From NCBI GenBank assembly GCA_973895155.1, contig OZ316893.1:13718359-13782358 (forward strand): a stretch of 64,000 nt of DNA, in the 5' to 3' direction. A program made the translations under genes and the position numbers. Positions 38,720 through 49,760 of this stretch are shown here, one piece after another (positions within the stretch are counted from its first letter, which is position 1; each line of letters starts with the position of its first letter). Under the pieces are notes generated by a model, which ran no database searches, had not been told where the DNA came from, and was given only the letters and a program-made list of their open reading frames with translations. The DNA is from Marsupella aquatica (lineage: Eukaryota > Plantae > Marchantiophyta).

Positions 38720-39655
38720 TGAGTACTAAGGAGATTATGAATTTTAAAATTCTTTAGCTTTTTAATGAACTTAACATTGATAGATTTAGTTGAGTCCTAG
38801 GAGATTATAAGTTTCCAATATTCTTTAGCTTTCCAATGAGTGTAACATTGGGAGATTTTATCAAGTACTAAAGTGATCATGAGTTTCTAAATTTCTCTAG
38901 CTTTTGATTGATTCCAAATTTCACAATTGGAGATTTGCTTCCATGAAACTTTTTGTCTTAAATGATTATGCAAAGTTAATGATTTGATAACACCGATGAC
39001 TTCTCTCTCTTCATCTATCTGCGTGTAGGAATTGAAAGTGAATACTTTCGATGCAACTTGAGTGCATCCAGCATCCCGTCGGTACCGTGGAAGAAACCGT
39101 CGAGCACCGTTTTGCTGAAGCGGGCAATTAAGCTACCCACACATTAAACAATAGTTCACATTGCATTTGGTTTTACTATTGATGTTAATTATGGTCGCCT
39201 TGGTAAGTTTGGCAACTATTTCAAGTGTCAAACATTGACTTGTCCATTTTTGAATTTTTTTTCTTTAGATTTGGAGGTCCATCTAGGCTTCAGTTTCTAG
39301 ATAAGTGCCTCTAAAATAACATCGGGGTCCACGAATTAATTTATCGAGTAGTAAGGAGATTATGAATTTTAAAATTTCTTTAGCTTTTTAATGAACATTG
39401 GTAGATTTAATTGAGTTTTGAGAAGATTATAAGTTTCCAATGTTCTCTAGCTTTCCAATGAGTGTGACAATAGTTCATACTACAACTGGTTTTGTGATTG
39501 ATATTAATTATGGTTGCCTTGGTAAGCTTGGCAACTGTTTCAAGTGTCAATTAACATTGACTTGTCCATTTTTGAATTTGTTTTCTTTAGAATTGGAGAT
39601 CCATTTAGGCTTCATTTTCTAGATAACTACCTCTAAAATAACATGGGGGTCCACA
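38720..39655. repeat. AT-rich degenerate direct repeats (38720-38900 like 39345-39470; 39150-39330 like 39470-39655), probable transposon remnant
   Basis: ggagattatgaattttaaaatt and attatggtcgccttggtaag...ctctaaaataacat...ggggtccac each occur twice. Confidence 0.7.
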
Positions 39656-40199
39656 GATTATTTCTTCAGGGAAGAAGATCCTATCCCAATTTCAACCTTG
39701 TTGTACAAACAAATTCATCGAATCGATAGCCATTCTTGAATTTTGGGGGCCTTTCCTTTTGCAAGTAATAAACAAACATGGAAGGATGTTTGGGAGTCCA
39801 AGGCACTGATGTGCTTAATTAACAAGATGGGGATTGGAGATCCTCTATCATCTGAGGTGGTCAATGGATTCAAGTTCAAGAAGTCATCTAGAAAATGATT
39901 TACATGCATCTGGCAATGTTGTCCCTCAACCTGGTATGGATAGAGCCAGAGTAGAGATGTGTGAATCTCACCCAGTAGAAAGGGAGTGGCTTGTTAACTG
40001 TCAAAAGTATGTGTGGCAATTTCCAAACAACTATAAAAATCAAGCTTCTTAATACCATGCCATGTCCACAATTCAACATTCTGGGAGTCTTGAGTCTAGT
40101 CTCCCTTACGTTTACCTTCAGCCTCATTGTCCACAAAGGAAATATCTAGATCCCAACCTTTGCCACTTGCCTCGTATACACAAAACAAATTCTCTTCAC

Positions 40200-40416
40200 C
40201 TTTGGCATGGTCCCTCCACCCACAAGTTTTTGAGCATCTTCACATTGGGAAGCTTGTCTCCTGGTTTTGATTTTGGTATTCTTATGACTTTAAACGGTGA
40301 AACCTGCTTTTGGCATGGTCCCTCCACCCGCAAGTTTTTGAGCATCTTCACATTGGGAAGCTTGTCTCCTGGTTTTGATTTTGGTATTCTTATGACTTTA
40401 AACAGTGAAACCTGCT
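40200..40416. repeat. 108-bp near-perfect tandem duplication
   Basis: tttggcatggtccctccaccc...cttatgactttaaac.gtgaaacctgc occurs twice. Confidence 0.9.
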
Positions 40417-40957
40417 TACTTTAACAAGAAAGGCAGTGACAACAAAATTGGATTTTGTCCTGGCAGTTGCATATCCAAAACCAATAACCAGATGCTTAGA
40501 AAACTGACACTCAGTGATTTAAACATAATATTTGGGTTTATTATGGTATGGAGTGACCCATTAAATCTTATATTGTCACATTTTCATGTGCAATTGCTGG
40601 AGACGGAGTTGGATTGTGTAGAAGATGTTAGTGGCAGCGACTTTCTTGAAGACATGGGACTGACATTGAAAATTAAAGACACATGATTGCATTCGTCCTC
40701 ATTCTCCCTCAGTAATCTCTACATTTTCGCGCCAAAAGGCCAAACATTTGTGCACATAATTATTTCTACTCCCCACGAGAAGTACAGGCTCTGCACGTTG
40801 AATGCGCTTGGCCTCGTACAGGATCCACCAACGTTTGTAGCTCCGCATGTCCAGAAGACCAGAACTGAATTATGTTGTACTTCGTATATCATTGCATGTA
40901 TACAATATATAATAATAATATATGTTATCATTCCTTGCCGTATGCATCAGTCAAACG

Positions 40958-41235
40958 GCGGGCCTGCAACTTACTCCTGTCTTGGTAGAGTAGGGCCTGC
41001 AATTTACTCCTATATTGGTACAGTAGGGCCTGCAAGTTACTCCTGCAATCGTAGTGTAGGGCCTGCAATTTACTCCTGTAAGGGTACACTAGGGCCTCCA
41101 ATTTACTCCTATAATGGTACACTAGGGCCTATAGCTTACTCCTGTAATCGTAGAGTAGGGCCTGCGACTTACTCCTGTAATGGTAGCTTGGCCTGTAACT
41201 TCCTGGTGCAATTGGTACAGCGAGGCCTGTAACTT
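40958..41235. repeat. 30-bp minisatellite (gggcctgcaatttactcctgtaatngtanagta), about 8-9 copies
   Basis: Read directly. It produces the (VGPAIYSCNG)-like repeat in ORF 40687-41232. Confidence 0.85.
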
Positions 41236-41597
41236 ACAGCGACACCTCTTTGAGTGCGCCTTTGATAATTGAAATCCCACGATGAGTGCAATAGTTTTTG
41301 TATCTACGAAGTCCCATTGTGGGCCATAATAGCCCTCACAACAGGGAGATAATACATTTGAAAGGAAGGAGAATTTTTAGGTTTTTCTATTGTTAGTAAA
41401 TGAGAGGAGAAGTTTGCACTAAAGCACCAATGATTACAAGGAGAAAAATCACAGAGGACATTAAGTGTTTACCCTTATACGCACATCTTATTATAATCAC
41501 ACAAGTCTTATGCCTGTGCGTTGCACTATGCAAAGAGGGGTCGGGACATTTATGGGGCACAATATGCACCAGGGGTGTCCATTTCTTCTATCAATGG

Positions 41598-43557
41598 TCA
41601 AGAGAAAAACAGCCATACTAATTCACCGGCTGAAAATCTGTTTGGCCCAAGAGTTTTTTTTGTATTGGGATGAAGGACTGAAAAAATAAAGAGATCCCTT
41701 ATTAGAGTTATAAATCTTGGTAACTTTAAATGCAAATTACTATCGATTGCCATGTCCGATAAGTGCAAAAGTCTGAGTGAAGCCGAGCCCTTGCAGTTAC
41801 GGAGGTCTCCTGTACAGGAGTACCGCAATGGTACCGTAGGGCTGCTTCTCTCGAGAATTGAATACGTGAAGTGAGAGGCACTGCGTCTACCTCGTACGAC
41901 GACGATTCCTGGTCGGGAAAGTCGCCTGTTGTCGTGCAGCTCCAGGCAAGAATTGGGAAGGAAATGGGCGAAGGATTTAGGAGGGAGCGTGCATCGAAGG
42001 GCGAATTGCAACGAGCTTCGGGCGAGCGAGAGAGCCTTATGCGATGGACTGTCTGTACATGAATCTGTGAAGGTTTCCCACCATTGAAAGATGTAGTCTA
42101 TGACCGGCGTGGTACGGTATGCGACGCGACGCGCTTGAGAGTTGGTCGGGTAGAGAAAATGCTGGAGTAAGTAGGAAAGATTCCTCAATGTGGTGGTGGA
42201 TAGTGGCACAGTAGGTAGTTCACACGAGTTGCTGACGGGCTGAAAGCATCCACTACTGTGAAGCAGAGCCGCCTGTGATGCTAAGTTGGGGGCGGAGGCT
42301 CAATTGCATTCCAGGTTATTTGGTTGGTGAGTTTCTGTCATGGTGTTGTTGAGGTCTGATTCACCTTGTTGGCTTCCTCTCATGTTGTGCAGATTTCGTA
42401 TGCAATGAATCTTACTGCGTGGACCTCTTAACAGACAGCTTATCGGTGTTTTGTAGTCCAGTCGAGTATCTATATCATCGACTTTCCTCTGTTCCACGTG
42501 ACCCCACTCCAGGCAATTTCTTTCAGTGATTGGTCTTTGTGTACTATTCGGGGCAAGGATTGCGGCAATTCCATTATTTTTTTGCTCAGTCAGGTCGAAT
42601 CTTATGTCTCACGGTATCTTGCAGCTGTTGTCAGATGACTTTGCAGAGAGATAATGGAGGGAAGAAATACTGCATTTCAACTCTGGTAAGCGAAATTTAG
42701 AGATCCTAGTTGCTCGGACAATTGTCCAGCTCCATCGCCTAGTGGTTACAGAGGAGCGATTTACAGAGAGATTTGGAAAGTGAGGTAGGGGGCTAACAGA
42801 TCCTTGGCATACGTTGAGTGATCAATCGACTGAACAATGTGTGCAGCAGCTGTGTCGGCAAAGGAATTCGAGAACATCACTGGCTCATCGGGAGACGCTC
42901 GGGATTGAGGGATCTTCTTCGATGCCCTGGTTTCCTCATGTATTGTGGAAGCAGCTCCCGTCACTGCAATGCAGCGGGCTGCTTTCACTCGTGACGTCAG
43001 CGAGTGGTCGTGTTCTTGCTTGGAGCAAAGAACTTGAGATTCTACCGGATTCCTTTTTACTCGCAAATCGTTACGGGTGCAGGTAACTATCGGCGGACTG
43101 CTTCTTCCAAGTCCCTCTTTCAATTTGCTGGTTGGATACCATGGCAGGGTATGGCGTGTGAGCCAGAATCGATCCAGTTGAAGTTTAGAAAGCTCCCTCC
43201 CCGAAGAAACCTTCCGTCGCCGAGTCAGTTTCAGTATCTGCGCTCTCTGGGTCCGCCGAAGGACCCCAAAGCCGGACCGTCTATGTAAGGAAGTCTAAAT
43301 AAGGTCTTACTGCTTGCCGGGCACGGTCAGATGGGTAAACCTTACCTGGACCAAGAGAACCTCCTGTTTTCATAGAATAGATCCAAGATACTCAGTGCCT
43401 GATTCGAAGCCAATGTTAGGGAAGCTGATCGAGAGACCACAAGGTACATTGACGTGAAATCCAGATTTCTTCCACATGTGATCCTGTTTGTTTCTGTATA
43501 TTCGAAGAGACGGTTGACAGCTCGGATGATTGCATTCTTGATAAGGGAACTGGCCAT
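41598..43557 (-). CDS. Putative spliced orphan protein gene divergent from E(z); 4 exons and ~487 aa, or a pseudogene with two TGA stops
   Basis: ACCATGG start at 43557. Exons 43557-43346, 43280-42813 and 42738-onward are joined by short phase-preserving GT-AG introns of 65 and 74 nt. A third candidate intron 42612-42256 (GTGAGA...cttcacag) removes both in-frame TGAs and joins ORF 41598-42209. No domain recognised. Confidence 0.5.
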
Positions 43558-44189
43558 GGTGTCCTTACTTAGTTTGCTTTAGAACCTAGTTTAAAACTTG
43601 AAGCGGAATATGAAAATGGAATCTTTAATTGTTGAACCAACAATGCCAATTGGAGCAATCTCAGGAAGCTAATGTTTTGATCGCCACAAGAGCTCGCTCC
43701 GATGGCTGTGATCAGTATCTCCGGATTGACAGACTTTTGGCCGGTACTTTAAGTGCAGGTGACCTGGTCTTGACTGGTTACAGTAGTAGCTGAAGTGCAG
43801 TAGATACAGTCCAATGGATACTGACTTGACTAGTAGCTGTCCTGAGAGCTATGTGTACCTGGTAGTTCACGCTTTGCTTCTCATGTCTTATTGTAAGACT
43901 GTCGTTTTCACTTTTGACGTGTCGAAGCATGGAAGCCTTGATGAGCGAACTGCCTAGAACCTGACGCCTTGTTTGTCCATCATTCTCCTCGTTGATATGA
44001 AATGCTATGTTTTTCTTCCCCGAACAAACCTGATGTTTTAACGTCACCGCCAAGACCCGACAGATTCTTCTCTATTGCCACATCATAATGTTGTTCTTCT
44101 GATGGAGATTTTGTTGTGCTTCTCTCGCAGTGCCTGAAGATTATCCATGGTGAGAGATATCACTCTGGAAGCAGCTCCTGGTTGCGAGG

Positions 44190-47100
44190 ATGGCAAGCGA
44201 ATGGTCAAGGGAGACACTCGTGAGTCACCTGGGTCAAACGGGGCAGAGGGAGAGGCTGCGCGCAAAGAGCAGCTCAGGCAGTAGCACATCTGAGAAGTTG
44301 GAGGATAGAGTTCTAGGTACGCTGAATGCACTCAAGATTCGTATGCGAGGGGAGCGATTGAAATATGTGAAATCACAGTTGGAAAAGAATTACCACACTG
44401 TAGAGCAACAGTTGCAAGAGGTGGATAGGCTTTCGCGACTGAGGCAGAATCACCACCAGCTGGCGAATTCGGTAGTCACGTCATCAGCCGATGCTTCTGG
44501 TGGAAAAACGTTCGATGACAACGAAGGCCTCATCCTACGCAGTCGTTTGGCACTTTCTCCGGAGAATTCTCGTGAATACCCTTCTAAGGGTCCCATTAGA
44601 CTCCCCCAGATTTGTTCCAAATTGAATCCTGGAAATTTCAATGCCAGAAGGATTGTGTTCGTCGACATCGCCAGGTTGGAAGCTGTCAGTCGATTACCTT
44701 CGTATACAGCTTGGATGTTCGTGGGAAGGAACGAGCGCATGACCAAAGACCAGTCCATCGCTCGAAGAAGACGCATTTCTTACGAATCGAATGGCAAGGA
44801 GACTTTCTTTTGCCTCGACGAGGAGGAAGAGGCTGCCCTCGATGATGATGTTGAGAAGACGAAAGAAACGAGATCCCTGACCGCATCGGAAGAGTTTGTT
44901 TCTCGAGTAGCCATCTTAGAGCACGGGTCAGAGCGCGCGGTTCTGGAGACTATTGCGGATTTCGTTCAAGTGTCGGTCGTCAGGGTGGAGAGCTTATGCC
45001 AATCTCTCCCCGTAGCAAGATTCGGGAACAATAACAATGAGAACCGTGGTTGGCAGCCTGCCGCCTCAATTCTTTCGGTTTCTGAAGATTTTCGGCAGCC
45101 AATTCACTACGGTCTAGGATGTCATATGAAATCCATTGGCAATTTACAACAGGACGATGAGCATCATGTCCAAAAGGTGATACCTAAAACAGCTCAGGCA
45201 AACGCCAATGGAAATGGAAATGGAAATGTGGAACCTAGGAGTAACAAAGAAGGCGCACAAGAAACCGAAATGCTAACAACTCTGGCGCTTGCACTGGACT
45301 CCTTTGACACCTTATTTTGCCGGCGATGTCTGGTATTCAATTGTGCATTGCATGATTGCGTGGAGGAGATAGTTGTTGGCCTCAATGACTTTCAACCACC
45401 GTCTAGAATTCTTGAGCAAGATCCGATTAAGCCATGTAGCCCTGCGTGCCACTTCCTCGTATCATCACCAACAGTGCTCTCCCAAGCTCCCCCTGCTGGT
45501 ACCACCGCCACAAAGCCTCTTTGCACATCAAGATCCCAATTCCTACGGTCTTCGTACATGTCGTGCACTTCAGAGACAAACAACGAAGGATACTGTCTAG
45601 GAGGAGAAGGTGGCATCCAGGAAGATGTTCGACAGGAAGATGTTCTACATCTTCATGTCAATGGACAGTTGCGAGCAGGTGACGGCGACGCTGGCGAAAA
45701 TGGCAGTGGCAGTGAGCAGTTGTTACTCGAGTTTGATGAGAGGGCAGCATTGGACGTATCAACAGTTGATGAAGGGGTTCTCAATTCACACGAGAAGAAA
45801 AAGAGGTTGTTGATTCTTGAGGAGAACCGGGTGAAGAAGTTGAAGAAGAACGCAAAGAAGATCCCCGCGGATGAAATCCTAACCACATTCGGAGAAGAAG
45901 ATGCTATCGTGCACGTTGATCGAGAAACTATGGAGGATGCAGAGAGCTCATCCGACTTAATGTTGTACAAAAATGAGCACAAGATTCTGAATGGCCCTCC
46001 TCTGCTGGATGGAGAAGTCTTCACATCATTCCGCTCCACCAAAGAAGGAGACCACAACAGCACGCCCACTATGGAGGATCAGGATGGGACGCAGGCAAGA
46101 ACGTCCGAGCATTGGTGCTCCGCGGATGGGAATATCAGCGAAGGACGGCTAGAAGGACAACCTCAAACCAAACTCGTGAACAATACATGGAATAGACTAG
46201 AACAAGACTTATGTGAGAAGGGTATACAAATCTTCGGTAAGAATAGTTGCCTCATAGCGCAAAACATACTCAAGGGATGCAAGTCTTGCCAAGAGATTTT
46301 CGAGTATATTTACAAACAAGATATCGCGATAACAGAAGCATCAGTGAGTGGGGACGAATCGTCGAGCACTGGTCATGTTTTATCTAACAGAGGGAATAAA
46401 TTCAGAAGCATGGAACTCCTCTACCAGACAGGAGTCCACACGGGTCGTGTTTATAGGCCGCCGAAGTTCCGATTCGGGCGGAAGAAGGTAGCTCCCAAGT
46501 TCGCCCTGCGAGCTATCCAGAAGAGGATAGGAACAGGGGACGGATCCGCTGGAGTGCTGAACACACTATATCCACACTACATGCCGTGCAGCTGCGAGAG
46601 TAGAGCCGGGTGCGGAAGGGAATGCCCTTGTGCGATCAGGAACATGCACTGCGAGAAGTACTGTGGGTGCTTCAAGGTGTGCAAGAATCGGTTCCGGGGA
46701 TGCCAATGCGCCAAGAGCATGTGCGACAGGCGCAATTGCCCGTGCTTTGCGGCTGGGCGCGAATGCGATCCGGACGTGTGCAAATTCTGCCGGATCGACT
46801 GCGGGCACGGACATATTTCATCCCAGGAGTGCAACAACATGAGAATTCTCCTTCAGAAGAAGAAACGCCTACTGCTGGCGCAGTCGGACGTGTGCACGGG
46901 CTGGGGCGTGTTCACGAGGCATCCTCTCGGTAAAAACGAGTACGTAGGTGAGTACACGGGCGAGCTCATTTCGCACTGCGAGGCCGATCGGCGGGGGAGA
47001 ATTTACGATCAGGAGACGTCTTTTCTGTTCAATCTTAACGACAAGCTCGTGGTGGATGCTTTTCGAAAGGGAAACAAGCTCAAGTTCGCTAACCATTCTT

Positions 47101-47258
47101 CGCTCCGGGCCAATTGTTACGCCAAGGTGCTCCTCATTGGAGGCGATCACAGGGTGGGCATTTTCGCCAAGGATAAGATCCAAGCCGGAGAAGAACTTCT
47201 GTACGACTATCAATATGAACCTGAAATTGCCCCTCTCTGGGCCACGAAGCCTGGCTGA
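44190..47258 (+). CDS. E(z): Enhancer of zeste-like H3K27 methyltransferase (PRC2 catalytic subunit), intronless CDS, 1022 aa
   Basis: LPSYTAWMFVGRNERMTKDQSI, C5 motif DSFDTLFCRRCLVFNCALHDC, SANT-like WNRLEQDLCEKGIQIFGKNSCLIA, CXC domain (CEKYCGC..CKNRFRGCQCAKS.C...CPCFAAGRECDPDVC) and SET domain (GWGVF, GEYTGELIS, SFLFNLND, FANHS, ELLYDY). Confidence 0.97.
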   Translation: MASEWSRETLVSHLGQTGQRERLRAKSSSGSSTSEKLEDRVLGTLNALKIRMRGERLKYVKSQLEKNYHTVEQQLQEVDRLSRLRQNHHQLANSVVTSSADASGGKTFDDNEGLILRSRLALSPENSREYPSKGPIRLPQICSKLNPGNFNARRIVFVDIARLEAVSRLPSYTAWMFVGRNERMTKDQSIARRRRISYESNGKETFFCLDEEEEAALDDDVEKTKETRSLTASEEFVSRVAILEHGSERAVLETIADFVQVSVVRVESLCQSLPVARFGNNNNENRGWQPAASILSVSEDFRQPIHYGLGCHMKSIGNLQQDDEHHVQKVIPKTAQANANGNGNGNVEPRSNKEGAQETEMLTTLALALDSFDTLFCRRCLVFNCALHDCVEEIVVGLNDFQPPSRILEQDPIKPCSPACHFLVSSPTVLSQAPPAGTTATKPLCTSRSQFLRSSYMSCTSETNNEGYCLGGEGGIQEDVRQEDVLHLHVNGQLRAGDGDAGENGSGSEQLLLEFDERAALDVSTVDEGVLNSHEKKKRLLILEENRVKKLKKNAKKIPADEILTTFGEEDAIVHVDRETMEDAESSSDLMLYKNEHKILNGPPLLDGEVFTSFRSTKEGDHNSTPTMEDQDGTQARTSEHWCSADGNISEGRLEGQPQTKLVNNTWNRLEQDLCEKGIQIFGKNSCLIAQNILKGCKSCQEIFEYIYKQDIAITEASVSGDESSSTGHVLSNRGNKFRSMELLYQTGVHTGRVYRPPKFRFGRKKVAPKFALRAIQKRIGTGDGSAGVLNTLYPHYMPCSCESRAGCGRECPCAIRNMHCEKYCGCFKVCKNRFRGCQCAKSMCDRRNCPCFAAGRECDPDVCKFCRIDCGHGHISSQECNNMRILLQKKKRLLLAQSDVCTGWGVFTRHPLGKNEYVGEYTGELISHCEADRRGRIYDQETSFLFNLNDKLVVDAFRKGNKLKFANHSSLRANCYAKVLLIGGDHRVGIFAKDKIQAGEELLYDYQYEPEIAPLWATKPG

Positions 47259-49760
47259 AAGATTTTTTGCTTGCTATTTCAGAACGGCACATTTCCTCAT
47301 GATTTCTCCTCCAAACTGGCTGCCCCTGCGCCTGCACTCACCTTTCCGATAGAGCATATTCATGCAATCTGATCCATTTTTCAGTGTCAGTGACGTCCCA
47401 AAGCTATCAAGATGGGTTTGTCAATTGTTTCTCCCGTGTAAGGGCGGGCATAATGTCAGGACAACAATAGGCTCACAGACCTGTCACCCGGCACTTGCCA
47501 TTCAATTTGTTTTGTGCAGAAATATCTGGGTATGAGTATCGTACTTTAACATCGAAGTCTCACGATGTCGGCAAACTTCATTTCGTTCAAAGAGCAACGA
47601 ATGTACAGAAATCCGGTTTCATTCTTTTGTCATAGTCATGATGATCCAGGCATCCAGCCCACCTCCATCGGAAGATAATAAATGAAAATTTTCCCTCCAT
47701 GAGGGTTTCGTGATTCCTGGTTGGTGGTGGATTGGGATCCAAAACTTTTGCCAGAAGAGGCAACAAGGGGACTAGTCGGGACACGAACACAACTCCAAAA
47801 TAAATTTGGAACCTTGATGTTTCGCAGTGCCAGAAGAAAGATTGCCACAAGTGCCCCTACTCCGTATCAAGGACATGTTTATCCGTTGGCTCATTCTCGT
47901 TCCGTTTGGACCCCCTACTCGTTGCCAAAGTTGGCTGCTTGCTCGGACAGTGGTTTCGGGAGAAGGCTGGGAAACTGAATCATGGAAGGATGGAGATTTC
48001 ACAACAGCAGGCTAACTCCGAGGACATTACTGTAGATCCAGGGTCAGACCGGGCTTTCTTTTCATTCAGTCGACGCTGTCACAACCACTCTACTGCTGAA
48101 GCTTATTTGCACAAGAACAAGAAGCAAGCAAACGTCGAGACTGTGAAAGATGGCGCAACGTGTTTCAAAGTTATTTTCTGAAAAAGTTATTGCAGTTATC
48201 ACAGCTCTACAAAGTTCCCAGTAGTCCCTTTGCACAAGTTTACGCCCACGTATTACACTAGTGGGTGTTTCTTCTCGAAGTTCTGTGCAGTCAACCGCTT
48301 ATCAATGTTCCAAACCATCGAAACCATAGCACCTCTGGGAGGGAAAGCCAGTCTGTGTCTTGACAATCACCATCATAATCACCTCGAGAATGTCATCATT
48401 CTAATGCTACAACGCATGACAACGGATTTCGTTCAGCTCCCAGGAGGTTGCAGGCAGATCTCTCATTTATTATGGTCTAGGAGCAAACTCATCTCATTAG
48501 TTAAATGGTGTCAACTTTAAAACGACCACGGTCAGAAGCAGACTTGCTAACAAGGTTCAACGTAATCGGGCTACAAGTAGAAAGAGCATCAGCATGTTCA
48601 ATTGATTGAACAATATGTGGAGGGGCACTCGAACTTCTACCCTGGATAAGGCGGTAAATACTCCAAGAAACTTTCAGCAGCCACTGACACTGAGGAATGG
48701 AAAATAAACCACTCCAAAGTAACATCAACGTAGATACTTCTTCAAATGATGCAGCTACACTCTTGATAAAACATAGAGTTAAGTAAGGTGGAAACTCCTT
48801 GCGCAGGAAGGTTAGAACAGAAAACAACACGACCTACAATTAATCTCATGGTCAACTCCACAATTTTAGCATTCCAGCATGCCAAGTTAAGGGAGATTGA
48901 AAGCGCACAAAGGACAGTGAGGGAAAGAGGTCAGGACTCTAAGCGTACACGTCTCAGATCAATGAAGGTTGTCAGCCGACTTGACTAACCGAAGGAAGAA
49001 CAATTTCGAAAGATATGGTACTCGAAATCTGATTAAGGCGCCCACAAGCCAGCTGCAGACTACAGCAAGTATATCGTCGAGAAAACTGAATGGGAGTTAC
49101 CTTAGAATGACATCAGTGCTCAATAATCACTTCTGAACAATAGCTTCCTTCAATTTGCAGCAACCTAACAGAGCTTCGTCTGGCCTTAACCAAAAAGGCT
49201 TCTCCATTAGAGGGGTCTAAAATTGTGTGCGGTGATGCCAGAATCAGGGATGGAAAAAACTCACTTCTATTCACGTGGCAAACGAATGACAGTGCTACAA
49301 AGGGTTGAAATACGGATGGGAGGCGACACTGAGAAATCATGGACGACGTGTACAAAATCATGCAGCAGTTCACCACTGTTACACAAGCTCTCATAATGAA
49401 ATTATTTCAATAGCTCTGAATAAATTCATTATACACAAATGATATGAGCTCGACCCACGAGGGAAGTGAGGCACATCAGGAAAACCCCAGACTTCATCTG
49501 AAGAGGGGACATTTTACAAAACTTCATACCCAGCAAATCATTGCCATCCACATCAACACAATCTCGTGCCAAGGACATCAGACTTGAGACCAGTATAGAA
49601 CATACAATTCCATGGTTGTCACCGCAACGCATCCTGGTTGCAAGAACTGTGACAGGTTTCCCTGGACCTCCCTAATAATTAGAGGACCACCACGAACTAG
49701 TAAACAATTACAATAACACCCATAAATGGAGTGAATACATGAGGCAAGTAATCAACGCTG

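Noticed and set aside
40687-41232. 181-aa ORF with GPAIYSC repeats
   Set aside because: Derived from the 30-bp minisatellite and starts at a non-ATG codon.
42300-42611. Selenocysteine or RNA-editing readthrough of two in-frame TGA codons
   Set aside because: Land plants lack selenoprotein machinery and U-to-C editing is organellar. An intron or CpG deamination explains the stops more simply.
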